Shown: one piece after another, positions 63,809-64,000 of the stretch
Layout: each line of letters begins with the position of its first letter
Position numbering within the stretch: position 1 is the first letter of the stretch
NCBI GenBank assembly: GCA_014728075.1
Contig: WJMG01000008.1
Location: 15,229-79,228 of the forward strand
Direction of reading: 5' to 3'
Origin: Candidatus Omnitrophota bacterium
Lineage (GTDB): Bacteria > Omnitrophota > Gorgyraeia > Tantalellales > Tantalellaceae
DNA: 64,000 nt
Program-made: the position numbers and the translations under genes
Notes under the pieces: generated by a model
What the model saw: only the letters and a program-made list of their open reading frames with translations
Database searches by the model: none
What the model was told of the DNA's origin: nothing

Positions 63809-64000
63809 CAGACAGCCGGGAATGGGTATATACTGAAAAGGTGAAAGACCATTTCATGAACCCCAGGAACATACTAATGGACGAAAAAGGTTACGAGGCC
63901 GACGGCAAAGGTATTGTAGGCAATATCAAATGCGGCGACCAGATGATAGCCTACATAAAGGTCGATAGGGAAAAAGGCGTTATAACCGATTTTAAGTGGA
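63805..64000 (+). CDS. iscU: IscU/NifU-type Fe-S scaffold (5' part, runs off window)
   Basis: YTEKVKDHFMNPRN...GIVGNIKCGDQMIAYIKV N-terminal scaffold signature; ATGA overlap with iscS stop. Confidence 0.75.
   Translation, partial: MTDSREWVYTEKVKDHFMNPRNILMDEKGYEADGKGIVGNIKCGDQMIAYIKVDREKGVITDFKW

Overview
This is a 64 kb, roughly 57% GC, gene-dense bacterial chromosomal segment. Almost all genes are on the + strand and are housekeeping genes. The PFOR genes, superoxide reductase and ferredoxins suggest an anaerobe, and a prepilin / H-X9-DG-like protein points weakly to a PVC/Omnitrophota-like lineage, but taxonomy cannot be established from this window.

Gene content in order:
- mutM and htrA.
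- An oxidative-stress island: ferredoxin, a Zn-ribbon protein, a TrxR-like reductase, Cu/Zn-SOD, superoxide reductase, and a secreted Cys-repeat peptide.
- A divergently transcribed AraC-type response regulator and PAS histidine kinase, followed by an orphan REC protein.
- Small membrane and stress proteins: MgtC, ChaB, PEBP, acylphosphatase, a PRC-barrel protein and PfpI.
- An initiator tRNA-Met on the - strand.
- purB-purM-purD-purE, an LMW-PTP, rpiB, glmS, rsmI, ndk, yicC, gmk-rpoZ-coaC-coaB, and a prepilin-like protein.
- A tRNA locus (Cys, Leu, Val) sitting in a low-GC stretch with no long ORF.
- thrS-infC(AUU start)-rpmI-rplT, ktrB/ktrA, pheST and rarA.
- A PP-loop ATPase, rseC, nfu, an Rrf2 regulator and MTHFS.
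- rny-ymdB-xseA-xseB-dxs, a four-subunit 2-oxoacid:ferredoxin oxidoreductase, gltX, glnS, and tRNA-Gln on the - strand.
- Two tandem degenerate metallophosphoesterase-like paralogues, one fused to a SAM methyltransferase, then iscS-iscU.

The features I would look at first:
- A duplicated ~220-nt structured non-coding unit, plus a 58-nt element present three times, within the tRNA-Cys/Leu/Val locus. The hairpins show compensatory base changes between copies.
- A low-GC, ORF-free 0.7 kb island next to it that carries a LAGLIDADG-like pseudogene remnant.
- A promoter-plus-terminator-delimited candidate sRNA of about 180 nt downstream of pheT.
- Three interspersed repeat families: a GTAC-rich REP-like palindrome, a GTCATTGCGAG...CGAAGCAAT element, and pervasive degenerate heptamer 'stutter' hairpins that sit right after stop codons.
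- A tRNA-Gln 3'-end fragment duplicated 190 bp downstream of the intact gene.
- The secreted metallophosphoesterase-like / methyltransferase tandem next to iscS.

Long antisense ORFs opposite real genes are treated as GC-driven shadows.
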